64,000 nucleotides of DNA, taken from Selaginella moellendorffii (lineage: Eukaryota; Plantae; Lycopodiophyta). Below are positions 41,900 through 54,513 of this stretch, in pieces (the stretch's first letter is position 1; each line of letters begins with the position of its first letter). The stretch covers positions 443,559 through 507,558 of the forward strand of contig NW_003314353.1 in NCBI RefSeq assembly GCF_000143415.4, written 5' to 3'. Below the pieces are notes generated by a model. The model saw only the letters and a program-made list of their open reading frames with translations, ran no database searches and was not told the DNA's origin. Position numbers and translations under genes: made by a program.

Positions 41900-42430
41900 A
41901 TGTGTTTCCGCTTATGGAGTTCCATCATATCAAGGTTTTTGTGGTGCTTAGAATTTATATGGTCTTCATTCTTACTCCAGTATCAGGAAATAGGATGAGG
42001 CTATGTTTATAAAGTTCTCTCTCGTATCTTGGTGAGTTGGCTTTTTACTTTCAATTGCCACAGGCTTGCTTAAAGTTTCCAGCTTCCAGGTTACCATGAA
42101 AACGTAGTGAGCTTGGTTCGAGAATGAATTTCTGTATATCCACATGGAGCTGTAGAACATTCACGAAGAAAACACTGACCGAGGTGACGTCTCAAGTAAG
42201 TATATTCTTTTCTTAGTTTCTCATGACTGCATGGCAGCTCTTATAAATGCACGGCCTCGTTCACGACGTGAAGCCCGACAACATCTACATCGACGAAGGC
42301 GTCTACAAGATTGGCGACTTTGGCCTCTGGCGAGGATGGCGACTCGAGATATCTCCACTATCAAGCCATCCACCAGCTCTTCTTCCAAGCTTGATCAACT
42401 CTCTGATGCATCCACAAATCGAGCTCTTTG
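41900..42430 (+). pseudogene. WEE1: WEE1-like kinase pseudogene fragment
   Basis: HENVV, WFENEFLYIHMEL*, HDVKPDNIYIDEGVYKIGDFG; internal deletions. Confidence 0.75.
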
Positions 42431-43198
42431 AGAGGAAAAAAACTTCTTGGTCGCAGTAACACTAAATTAAACTTTATTGGCATGCAACCTGGATAAAACA
42501 CCATGAAGTATCCAGTCGATCATATCCTTGCAATGGATAACAAGTGGTATCTGAACAAGTCCCTCAAGAAAGAGATATCCTCAGTGGAGTTTCCACCATG
42601 GTACCCGTAAAGTGTCAACCAAAGCTGGAAATTAAGTGCCTCCAAGTTACGTGGATTGAAAGCGCCTACAAGAAGAAGCTTGAAGAGGCTCAGCAATTCA
42701 TCCAGCTCCCACTCTCACCAAGCTCTGGCTTTCAATGAGCTCGTAGTGGCTGCCGATCTTCAGGACTTCCAGGCTCTTCGATTGGAAACTGAGGGAGATG
42801 TCCAGTAAGAAGTGACTAACTTCGAAGGTGGAGTATCGAGGAAAATTTCATAAGTGCTCAAAATGGTGTCCTGCCATGTCCCAGCAAGGTGAAGCTCTTG
42901 AGGCTCCTGCTCGACACCGTGAGGCGGGCCCTGGACAGAACCTCAAAATCCTTGACGTTGAGCCGACATTCGCATTGGCCTCTGGTCAGGCGCCGAGGAG
43001 CGATTCACTAACATGAAGGCTGCTGTAGAATCCCCCGATAATGTGGAGGCTCTCGAGCATGCCCATGCAGGACACCAAGTCCAGAAAAGTGCCCCAGCAG
43101 AATCCCCAATCTACTCATACTTGACTGAATGTGCACACGCAAACCAGATACCTAGAGACATTTATTTGACATTTATTTGCTTCAAACATTTTACTTCC

Positions 43199-43396
43199 CT
43201 ATAGAAACACCATTTGGTCCTGAATTGTTTTTGGCTCAAGCATTTTAACTTGAGGCAGCCTGCAGTGGAGCAAGGCAAAGATGATCCTTGTCCCCACAGA
43301 GAAGAAATGGTACCTATGGTAGAGCTCCTGCCAGCGCTTGCACACGAGAGTGCAGCACGTTGGGGTCGGCCAAATGAAAGCACGAAATCTAGTCAC
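43199..43396 (-). pseudogene. F-box gene fragment
   Basis: CTLVCKRWQEL matches the F-box C-terminal motif. Confidence 0.4.
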
Positions 43397-43657
43397 AAAG
43401 AGGAGGGTTAGGCTGTATTCTAATTTCTTTGTACAATTTGCCTTTTTTTCTTATTTAAATATGTGGTCAAAGGGTTTTAAGAGGGTATTAGGTAGGATGA
43501 AGAATTAGAGAGTAGGCATTGCGGAAAGGAATTACATGGAAGACTTTTTTGTGAATGTTTTTAGCTATAGAGAGTTTAAAATATAAAATTGTCTATATTA
43601 AACTATATACCAATTAAAAAACTTACAGGACATAGAAGGGGTCTTACACATGCTGAA

Positions 43658-44400
43658 ATGTTCAACGGCTATGAAGGTGATGCAGTTGCCAAGTTTTGCT
43701 TGGCAAACATGCTCGCTACCATAGCCAAGAGTATTGCGGAAGGAGGCAAGAGTGCAAGAGAAGCTTTGGAGGAAGTGTTTACAGACATGGACGCACACTT
43801 GCTAGCTGCTGGGACTGATCGTGGCCTAGCGAAGACCAAGATGGAGTTTGAGGAAGAGATTGATTGGAACGATGGCGAGGAGGAGGAGGAGGAGAAAGAG
43901 GTTGGATTGGGCAGCACAGCGGTGGTGGCGCTCGTCTAGGCGCAGCAGAGGTCTCTGGTGGTAGCAAGCGTGGGGGACTCTCGCGCAATCTTGTCTGAAA
44001 AGGGGAGGGCGGTGGAGCTGGCTCGAGCTCATGAGCCCAAGGACCCCAAGGAGAGGTCCCGGATAGAGGCAGCGGGCGGGAAGATCATGCCCAATGGATC
44101 GCTTAGCGATGTGTTAGAATGGTGCACGCTTGCAATGTCACAACCCATTGGCAAGCTCAAGTGCTGCTTTAGACAAGCAGATCGTGATTGCTGTTCCGGA
44201 GGTTGTGGAGATGAGCTCACAAGCGACGACGATTTTCTGGTGTTGAGCTCGGATGGAATCTGGATGGAGGTGATTGTTGACTTTGTGGCGAGCTAGGTGA
44301 GAAAGGAAGTTGAATTGGAAGAAATATGCAAGGTTTGATCCAAAAGGTGGATGCCAATGACAACATGTCCATTGTCATCCTCAACCTTGCAAGAAGTGCT
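43658..44400 (+). pseudogene. Intronless PP2C phosphatase pseudogene
   Basis: FNGYEG..VAKFC (degenerate DGHGG), GSTAVVAL*, VASVGDSRAIL, ERSRIEAAGG, FLVLSSDGIW, DNMSIVIL; in-frame TAGs. Confidence 0.88.
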
Positions 44401-44645
44401 TATTACTAAGACAACCATCTGCTAAGGTCATTTGATAGATTAATTGAAATTGGTGATTTTTTCAAACATTGTAACTTTTATGGTGATAAAAACCATAAAT
44501 TTTGCATGTGACAATGCTCAAGAAGTTAATTCCAGCAAAAAAATAATATTGCTCTTGTAAGTTAGATTTTGTCCATAAGATCAAAAAGTATCCTTTGTTC
44601 TTTTGACCCTTCAGTGATTTCCGGAAGAACCCTAATAAACACCCA

Positions 44646-45077
44646 TCACTGCTGGAGCTGCTGCTCGTATTGGGGCGGCTGCGTCGTCGGCGGAGCCGCT
44701 TGGGCGGCGCTGCCAGCCACGGCAGAATCCGCATAGTACTCCTGCCGCTTCACATTGACCCCAAATTCCCTCAGCGCCGCGGCCAGATCGTCGCTGGTGA
44801 GCACAATCCGCCCGCCGTGCTTGGGATCCTTGGCGCTACCGCCCGAGGAGGGGGCCGCGGCGGCCGATTTGCTGCGGACCTTGCTGTGCTGGAGCGCGTC
44901 CGATGCTACCTCGGACACGAATTTCTGCGTCGCCACAGCCACCAGGCGCGTGAGGCGCGAGTCGTGCGCCTGGAATCCCCCCGCGGCCAAGTAGTACTCC
45001 ACCAGCTCCTCCGGAATCGCGGGAATGTAGTCGTCCAGCGTCGCCAGGAAATCCACTAGCATCGCATCGTCCGCCAT
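44646..45077 (-). CDS. TAF10: Transcription initiation factor TFIID subunit 10, intronless (143 aa)
   Basis: FLATLDDYIPAIPEELVEYYL..GF...D.RL.RLVAVATQKFVSEVASDALQH...VLT.DDL..ALREFGVNVK...YY histone-fold signature. Confidence 0.93.
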   Translation of the reverse strand: MADDAMLVDFLATLDDYIPAIPEELVEYYLAAGGFQAHDSRLTRLVAVATQKFVSEVASDALQHSKVRSKSAAAAPSSGGSAKDPKHGGRIVLTSDDLAAALREFGVNVKRQEYYADSAVAGSAAQAAPPTTQPPQYEQQLQQ

Positions 45078-45271
45078 GGAAAACACTAAACCCCCTCCGC
45101 TCGAGCAGAATAAAATGTTTGGGTAATATTCCCCGCCATCTTGAAGTATATTCTGTCAACTCTTGCTGCAAGTATATTCTGTTAGAGTTTTGAAAGAACA
45201 GGAGATTCTGCGACAAATGCTATGAAAGGGATATTCCGTTTGCTTTAACTCTTAAAAAATATGTAGCAGCT

Positions 45272-48200
45272 TCATCGAGCGAATGAAGCCCTTAGTTGTG
45301 GCGTTTTGCTGGAGTTTCCCACCATTTCCAGCTCCACCTCTCCGTTTTCTCGCATTGCGTATTTCCAAGCCCACGATCGTGAGCTCTCTGGCAATCGCTC
45401 TAGTGTACAAGAAAATCCTGTAGAAGGAACTTCTAGAGTTTAGAGCTCTCGTATCTCAAAACTTTGGAGAGTTTTTACCTGTTGGTCCTGATGGTCTTAC
45501 TCGCATCTTGTGTCCGTCTGGTACTTCAAAGACGTGGGAGCCCTGCAGCATTACAAGGTTCGTTCGTTTCTCGCTAAGAAAAAGATGAGGCTTGCCTTTA
45601 TAACAACGTCCGAGGCATCGAACTCCGAGCAGCCTTTGAGGATGATCTTAAGAGACTCGTGGCGGCTCACTTTGTTCTGCCAGTACACGTTGGTGGAGCA
45701 CTTCCAGTCGATTCCTTGGTTGGAAACTTGGACATTGTGGAAGCGACACCTCCCCAACCTGAAAAGCTTGCCTCAGTGATTGTTTGACATGACCGAGGAA
45801 AGCTTTTACCCCTCGCCGTAGTGAAGTATGCCATCCTTTACGGTTCCCATGATATTTTCCGCCTCTACCACCAAGCTACCACTTACCTGCAAGTAACAAA
45901 AGTTAAGTTATTCTTTGAAGCGTAAATTTGACAATGCTTACATCGACATTGGTCCATGAAAGTTCTGAGATTTCTAACTGCACCTCTGATCCTTTTCGGA
46001 TGGACCCGCCATAAATCTGCGAGACAAGTCTTTTTAGTTTAGCCTCTGAGAGAGACAACAAGAAAGCAAGCAGTGTTACCTTTTGACGAAAGATGTTCCA
46101 CAATGGGCCGATAGCTGGATGTAGAAGAGCAATGAATGGAGGGCCTGTGTCAATGTAGCATTGATTTGATTCCATCTGCATGTTCACAAGCGTGTTGAGA
46201 AGAACAGAAAGTCCTGTTTGTCTCACCTCGTCTATCGCCACTCCACAAGACGTCAGAAGGTCAAACGCATTCCTCGTAATATCAAGAAATGACCCGTCTG
46301 GCGTCTGTCCAGGAAAGAAGCATGATAACACTGCTTTAAGAAATACGAGTGTACCTGGTGGAGTGTTTGATCGTCGAGTTTCCTGCGCCTCTTTGCCGAA
46401 GATGTTACCTTTCTTCGTTGATTGTAAATAATAAAGGTGTCGAGATTATCTGATTAAAAGCAATGTAAAATCTTCAAATTAGACGTCGGATTGTTTCTAC
46501 CGTGATCAATGGACGTCAATTGATGCTGATAATGGTTTTGGAGTGAGTCCGCAATGTTTTGCATTGTGCACTCGATTCTTCCTGCACGAATACTGTTCAA
46601 GAGAACTCTTAATAAACGTAGAGAGAAACCTCAATTCAAACCTTTGATCTACACCGTAGCTGTCCGTAAACGTAACAGGCTTCTTCAAGTTCATTATCAT
46701 CCCAGGCAAAGAAGCACAGTCATTGCGTGATGCCACCTCTTCAACTGACTCAAGGTCCACGAAAAGAACATTTGTGTTTGCAGGAAACCTGGCTTGCATG
46801 CTGTAAAGGAAAGTCAAGTTAAAACCGATGCTGAGCAAAATTATACACATTTCTTGCCTGCCAGTTGAAACTGGGACATCTGCAATACCAAGCCTACTAA
46901 ACTCGGTGTATTCGATGCATGTTGTGCCATATCTCCAGCGGCCATCTTCCGTTTTGCTCTCCATCAGCACGTTGACACCTTCGGCGGCACCAACTTTGCG
47001 GTCACAAGACGCAAAACCAAATTTCTGTTGACAAGCTTGCTTAACCTCCATATCGAAAACGAAAACGTAAAAGTACCTTGTTTTGATGCAAACCAACACC
47101 TGCCAAAGCTAGAAGAGTAACATCAGTAGCTGCAACTGGATTGCTGCACGGAATATATGGTCAAAATCTAAAAGAAACGCAAGATAGATACCTTATTTGA
47201 CGTACCACAGCAGCTTTCCGGTTTTTGTCATAAAACCATTTGAATACTTCTGAATCTTTAGCCAACTTCCAAATGACTCCATGGCCGCCTGGCTTTAGCA
47301 TCGGATCCAACGGACCTCTCACGACCCATTGCACGTTTTCTGCAGCTATTGTGGGCACCAATGGCTGAAATTTGTGTAGTGTGAATCTCTAGCACTAGAC
47401 AAAAAGCTTTCTCACCTGTTCAAAGAGCTGAAAATTATCTCTTCCTCTGCCAAACCATCTGTGGCTTTCGAGTAAGTCTTTTACTCTCTCGTTATTCCGT
47501 TTTGCTGCACTCGTCATGATTGCAACCGGAGTGATCACCTGTGAGCCATATAGCTTAAAGTGGAAGAATTCTCGAGCCTGTAGGAACAGGAAGTGAATTA
47601 GCTCCACATCAATTCAAGGTAGGCTAGAACCTGTAAGTCCCGTATGAGACCTTCCAACAAAGTCCGACCACAATATGGTAGCATTGCCACAGGAAGGCTT
47701 TCACCAGTCACGTCGTCAACAAGTCCCAAGCGGTCACCAGCTCCACCTAGGGGATAAATTTCTCCAATTTCTGCCAAGCGCTGCAGCATAATATCGTCAA
47801 ACCAAAACCTTCAAAAAACAAAAACAAGCGCTTACTTTCACGCCCCAGCCAGCTGCCTGAGTTGCAAAAGCTGTGTCTTTTGAAAGATCTTTTCCTTCCG
47901 GGACGTGATAAAATGACTGTTGAGCACTGCGTGTCGCCGAAAATCCAATCTCCCCAGTTTCGGACGAGCGTATCAGCTCCATCCCGGCCAACTGGTACCT
48001 AGACAGCAAAGTCATAGTTAGCCAGGAGAATCTTACGAGTTTCACCGTGACTTACCCAACAATGCCGCCTATACAATCGTAAAACCGCTCCAGAGAATCC
48101 AACACTCTCACAAAACTCTTGAGCTTCAGCAAAACCTCGCGCTCATCCGGCTCTCCACGCCGGCGTTTTCTCTGCAACTCTGCCGTGACGTCCAAACTCA

Positions 48201-48882
48201 ATGGCCACTGTATCAACTCGGAGGACTTCGCATCTTCAAAGGACTCTATAAGCTGTGTCATAAGCTGGAGCGTTCCCATCAATACACTCTTCTCCGATCC
48301 ATTCACGAAGCTCATACCACCCAGGCCATTGCAACCATTGAGAATTTTCCTGTGATCGTCGGCGACACCACCACCCTCGTCTCCCAAACCAAGGATATGT
48401 CCCTGCCCGATCGCCACAAGGCACTTAAGCAAGTAGAGCTCATAGTCCCCAAGCTTTCTCATCGCCACAGCCACCACCTCATTGCAAAGAGAGCCCTGTT
48501 GGAACGAGAACACTGCCTGGACGCGAGGAAGGCTCCCGACGAGAAGACATCTCTCCCTCAAGCTCTTACACGCCTTTAGCCTCGCCTTTAAATCCGTTAG
48601 CCTCTCCAGCTCCTCCTCCAGCCTCCAATTCTTGCGCGACAGTGAAGAAGAACCCTTGCCGCCGTTACACACGGCGTTCTTCTCCGAGATCGGCGAGAGC
48701 GTCCGGCATTTGGACACCAGCTTCCTGTGCGAGCGGAAATTTCTTGATCGCGATCCATCCCTGTCCAGAATCACACTCTCCGGCCGCGGCCGCAGCAAGA
48801 GAGAGGTCTCCAGCGATCCACAGAGCTCCGTGACGACCGCATTGCCGTGGAACGACCGCTTGGCTGATGTGAGAGCTTCCAT
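45272..48882 (-). CDS. UGP3: UDP-glucose pyrophosphorylase 3 (plastid, sulfolipid pathway), multi-exon
   Basis: Transit-peptide-like N-terminus; FYDCIGGIVG, EIYPLGGAGDRLGL, PYCGRTLLEGLIRDLQ, ITPVAIMTS, KPGGHGVIWKLA, FPANTNVLFVDL, HPAIGPLW; many short GT-AG introns; stop TGA at 45272-45274. Confidence 0.93.
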
Positions 48883-49518
48883 ACGGCCGCTGGAGAAGAA
48901 TCAAGGTTTCAGTACCTGGAATTCTCTACAGAATTGCAATCTCATCCTCGAATGACGACTAGCGATAGAGCCGAGACCTACACCTGGAGAGGGGACTAAA
49001 CCCTATGTTACGCTAACCTTGTTCGTTAGGGGATTCGTATATACCAGACATCCTTCCTCGCATATACCTTATCCGGATTAAGATGCAAACCCTTTATAAA
49101 GAAGAATGAATGTTTAGTTCTAAATAAATATTTAGATGTAAGAATTCAATTATCAACCGAGTTGGCAAAAAAATAATTTATAACTATATATTATTATTTT
49201 GTGTATTTTAAAGATTTTTAAAGATTTTATGAGTGAGAATTTCTAAAAATTTTGGAGTTTAAAAATGCTTAAGACCTGCTTATATTTTAACCCTTTTTTA
49301 TCAAATAATAATAATATATATATTTACAAACTGGTGAAGTATCATAGTCAATATAAATAAGTAATATATCTAGTTTTAAAAAATACTAATTTTAAAATAT
49401 AAAAGTTATTATTAATATTTTTAATGAAAATTTAAATTAGAAATAACTTAATTTTTTATTATTTGAATAAATATTTTTTAAATTTATTACTTATTATGTA
49501 TTTTGTATTTTAACATCT

Positions 49519-49525
<7 letters not shown>

Positions 49526-49590
<65 letters not shown>
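49526..49590. repeat. (TA)n microsatellite, ~32 units
   Basis: Read directly from the sequence. Confidence 0.98.
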
Positions 49591-49592
<2 letters not shown>

Positions 49593-49607
49593 CCCTAGCT
49601 AGGTAAT

Positions 49608-49768
49608 TGTAGTGCATGTGATTATAGCATGAGATTTGGATATACTGTCACTGTGGATCTTTGAAACCTTGGGGGATAAATGAGGATAAAATAACCATTA
49701 AAGACTCTTTCATCAAGCAATTCCCTTTTTCTTGTTAGCTTAAGGGGAGAGAAATAAGGTGCGGTATA
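49608..49768 (+). mobile_element. Solo LTR of the 14583-15172 TRIM family
   Basis: Reverse complement of 14583-14744; TSD GTAAT/ATAAT. Confidence 0.85.
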
Positions 49769-50415
49769 ATAATAACTAATATAATACTATAACATATAGA
49801 TTGTTCATTTGGGATTAAATCTAGTCTATCCATCCTTGTATATAAGCAAAGATTTAAACCCCAATTAATATATCTATTTTTATATCCTAGTCACTCACAT
49901 TGGTGGAAAGAGGTATTACAATTTGTCCCTAAAAGTAAAGTTTTTTGACACTGTTTTGCTCTAGTGGTTAGGATCATGTTTTTTGTTCTTATTTCTTTAT
50001 TATCTTTTAGATCTAGATATATTAGCTTTTTGCAAGATTTAGAACTCTAACTATCATTGTGCTTAGATCTACTCTTTTATGCCACACCATTATCAATTAA
50101 AAAGTATGTAACTTGAAATGTTATTTTGTTAGATTGAACTTTTGGTATTATGGGGTGTGATCATACTAATACTACACCCATCCTTTTGTGAGACACAAAA
50201 TCCCTAGGCCCCAAAGTGGAGCCGGAAGGGCGCCACATGGTAGTGGCCGAAGCGAGAGCCAAACGAGCGTAACACGTTTGGACCAAAAGCTCCGACTTGA
50301 GAAGTCAAGAGCGGGAGTGGAACTCCCAATGAAGTGCTCGAGGAATGAGCACGAAGCGAGCAAAAGGCAAGGCTCCAAAAAGGGACCCAAAAGGACCAAC
50401 ACATGACACGTGGGA

Positions 50416-50884
50416 GTGTCCGAGATGGACTCGAGTTGGAGTCCGAAGTGGAGTCCGAGATGGACCCGAGATGGAGTCCGAGATGGAGTCCAAAGTGGAG
50501 TCCGAGGTGGATCCGAGATGGAGTCCAAAGTGGAGTCCGAAGTGGAGTCCGAGATGGACCCGAGTTGGAGTCCGAAGTGGAGTCCGAGATGGACCCGAGT
50601 TGGAGTCCGAAGTGGAGTCCGAGATGGACCCGAGATGGAGTCCGAGATGGAGTCCGAAGTGGAGTCCGAGGTGGACCCGAGATGGACCCGAGTTGGAGTC
50701 CGAAGTGGAGTCCGAGATGGACCCGAGATGGAGTCCGAGATGGAGTCCGAAGTGGAGTCCGAGTTGGACCCGAGATGGACCCGAGTTGGAGTCCGAAGTG
50801 GAGTCCGAGATGGACCCGAGATGGACCCGAGATGGAGTCCGAGATGGAGTTTGAGATGGAGTCCAAGATCGAGACCGAGACCGG

Positions 50885-50916
<32 letters not shown>

Positions 50917-51032
50917 TCGGAACCGAGACCGAGACCGAGGCCGAGGCCGAGACCGAGCCCGAGCCCGAGTCCGAGTCCGAATCCGAGTCCGAGTCCGAGT
51001 CCGAGTCCGAGTCCGAGTCCGAGTCCGAGTCC
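50416..51032 (+). repeat. GC-rich minisatellite in the 5' LTR (11/12-bp GATGGA(GT/C)CCGA units, then (GACCGA)n and (GTCCGA)n)
   Basis: Read directly from the sequence; copy in the 3' LTR at ~56359-56927. Confidence 0.97.
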
Positions 51033-54000
51033 GGAGCCTGAGAGGGTGAAAGCCCAAAGCGTTCGTCTCCCAGACCCTGGGGGGTTTGGTGAGCTCCAAA
51101 AGTATAGTAGGGGGGAGGACTGCAGTGGAGCCAGTTTGGCCAGGAAAGGCCAGTTTGGCCCAGGAAGGCTGGACCCAGTGTTGGGTGAGGAGCTGCCCAC
51201 TGGGAAGTCCAAGACTAGAGTGAACACAGACCGACAAGTGGGGTAGCTTGGTGAAGTGTTCAAGAGCCGGCTCTAGTTCCCCCGGGAGATCGACTGGCTG
51301 ATGCTCCCAGTCCAAGTGTGGGTGGCACTACCTACTTGGATACCTGTTGTGGCTCAACGGAACCTCGCTCTAAGCCCATGGCTAGAGCACCTAAAGGCGA
51401 AAGGCGAGGAGAGTACCCAGGTGGCTTGCGTAAGGCCACGGTGTTCCGAAATGTTGTCCCAAAGGCCCAGACTGTGGAGAGGAAGAGGCGCAGTCCTCTG
51501 GGGTAGTGACCAAGGACACAGTCGTGTGGTGAGGAAGTCCCAGAGGACCGTGGGACTTAGTGGTCGGGCCTGTGGGTCTCGATCCAGTGGCAGTGTTGGC
51601 AAACACGGCCAGGGGCAGAAAGGGACTTAGTGGGGACTGACAGAGGGATATTGGGGAAGGCTATTCCCCTTGTCGGTGGGCATCCTAAGGATGCTAAGGA
51701 GTGGATCTGAGATGACCACTCACGGATGGTTTGCTTAGTCTTGGAGAGCCAAGACTGTGATGCAAGTGGTAGTGGACTACCAGTGTGGCAAAGGTGATTG
51801 GGCATGGCCTTAGCGTAACGGGCTGCTATGTCGGTGGTACCTTTGAGTGTCGGTCATGGGATCGGACACGTGGAGCACTTGGACCAAGTGCAAATGTTGA
51901 GTGGCATGGATGCCATTCTCGGGGCTAGCAAGTCCCAAGTCCTGGATTGGACTTATGGAGGTTGTGAACGAGACTCCTCCAAGTGGTCGGAGGTGTGGTT
52001 AAGTGACTAAAGTAGAATGGAAAAATTAATCGCTTACAATTTGGTATCGGAGCTGTTCCTTAGTCCGACTTTTATTGGTGCTCAAGTATATCATCACTAG
52101 TGTTGGCATCGGAAGGTCCGAGGAGTGGGCCTATCCTTGAGGAGTAGCAAGTCGGGAAGACATGGCTCTCCATTACAGTTCATGTGTGAACTTGTAGACG
52201 AGGTGGTGGATAGAAAAGGGCCAATAATGGAACGACTTTGGGATCTTGGGAACAGTGCAAGGTTTTCCTCATTGAGTTGAGGATGTGATCCGGATGAGCA
52301 TTTGTCTCAGCAAATTGGCTAAGGTTGTTGTGGTAAACAACTAAAGCTGGGATCACGGGAAAGATAGAGACTCCAAAACAATAAAGGAGTCACAAGATTA
52401 TCCTCATATAGTTGAGGTTGGTGCTCATGAATGTGAGACCAGAGGTAATGACCGTGGGAGGTTAAATACGGAAGAGGACTCAAGTCCTTGAAATGGTAGC
52501 CGGGGCTACCTTTAATAAATGCTGGAACAACCCAAGGAGTTGGGGGGTGTACTTAGAGATGAGTGGTATTCTCATCGCATGGACAAGTAGTCCTAAGGGG
52601 CAAAAGTTGCCCCCAGAGAACAAAATCAAGTGTCGGAGTAACACTTGTGAAAATAGTCCTTTTGAGTAGGACAGGAATGCAGGAAGTGTATTCCAGTGAG
52701 CTAGTGCCTCACAAGTGGGACCTTCCGGGTCTGTGGATGAACCAAGTCCAAAACTGTTGGATGACTCAAGTAGAGTCAAGGAAAGGTCCTAAAAGGACTG
52801 ATTGAAGCATTTGGACTGAGGTGTGTTGTACCCCATGAAGGATGGGGGGGGGGATCATAGGATCCAAGGATGGGAACTGAGGGTATCTCATCGATGGCAA
52901 AATGTGCCATGCTAAAGTTATGGGAAAGGTGTTCCCAGAAGAAAACAACTTTGACACAAAGTTGTGTGTGACCTCTATGGTGCAGTGCTAACGGATGGTT
53001 GGCATGAGAAAGAGCGGGGTTGGTCTTGGCAAAGACTTAAACACGAAGGGGAAGTGTCATAGAGGTAGGCTCGTGGAGCCGATGGTGTGGAGACACCAAA
53101 TGTGCCAAGGTGTAATACCTTGAGGCTATGTTGGTGGGTTCATGAGAACCCCTTGCCAAAGGAATCCCAATGGAAATGGGAATGGCATAGCCTAAGCCGT
53201 AGAGCATGCAATTGGAGTGTGGTGACCCAGATAATGATGGAGGTATGAAAGCACCAAGCAATGAGTTGTAGGACTTGACAACTATGAGGCAACTAAGCAA
53301 GAGGTGCAAAATAACTGGCTAAACGGGTAGAGGGTAGCTACCCAAGACTTCTAGCATAGGGAAGTCAGATATACCCTTACGGGGGATAAGTTGCTTATGT
53401 TGCGATATAGTAAGTCAATGTCATAAAAGGAAATACTCATTGTCAAGAAAGCCATCATTGGGACACCCGAACACTCTAGAACACCAGAAGGTGGTGTTTA
53501 ATGTCGCGAGGGCAATGGATAAAGCCCAAGGGATTAAGTCCTTAGCGAATGATGGATAGAAGGTGCTATCCAAATGTCCAAGGTTGCGGAGACAGGAGAG
53601 GACTGTCTACCCAAGTTGGACAAAGCCAAAAATGGAATTTTGGCAAGGCTAGTGATGGGCATGTAAAGGCCCATAAGCAACAATGTAATCCCACTGTGTG
53701 GGATTATAAGATGAGCATACCCGGATTGAGGAACCACTCCCTGGGCTATTGGGTAGGTTCATCCCTAAGAATACTTGCTAAGGCATGATAGAAAGTGCAA
53801 AGCTATCCTCCTGGTCTGGAGGAGAATGACCAAAGGAAAGGTGTGAAGCCAAAAAGCAAGAAGTAAGGGGATAGAACCGAACCGTAGGAATCAAAGGGCA
53901 TAACCAAGGTTGGTTATGCCAGCTGGGAGTGGAGAATCAAGTGGGGGCTCGAGGGTGTTGCCGCTAGCAACCGTGATGCCATGGAGAGTCTAAAATATGG

Positions 54001-54513
54001 AATTGTCCATGTTAGACTATGTGGCATTTGGAAGGCTTGCAAAAAGGGAGGCCTTAGCAAGCTGAGGGACAGAGTTCCTTCAAGGTTCCCAAAGACGATT
54101 CTAGGTAGTTTAGTACCTAGAAAGGCCAAGTGTAAATGGTTCATGGAACGCGCGAAATCAGAGTGGCGCAGCAGAAGCGTGGTCTTGAAGCTTGCCATGA
54201 GGCAAGGCTATCAAGGTTAGGGAAGTAGTTCCCGAGTGTTCAAAGAGAGGGCTTTGAACGAAAGTCGATGGTCAAGGACTTTCACGCTTATGCAGGAACC
54301 ATGTTACAGTGGTCGGAGGACTTGCCAAGCGAGATTGGCACGTCGGGGGAACAAATACCCTAGTTGAAGGTGATAACTTCAAAAAGGGGGGGGCCATGGG
54401 GCCGAGCATGGAGGAGTCCATGCATGATCACAGACATGTCAAGTGAGAGGACTTGGCAGTGTGGAGGAACTAGGTTCCTAAACTGTAATCTGTAGCGCGC
54501 TTTAAAAATAAGT

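Noticed and set aside
50416-51032. CRISPR-like appearance of the repeat array
   Set aside because: No unique spacers, no cas genes, eukaryotic context; it is a minisatellite inside an LTR.
50172-51315. Long overlapping ORFs (up to 363 aa) on both strands across the LTR array, repeated at 56067-57210
   Set aside because: The repeat units lack stop codons in most frames; the products are low-complexity (GL, RS, SP, ES repeats) and the ORFs are not preserved in the older copies.
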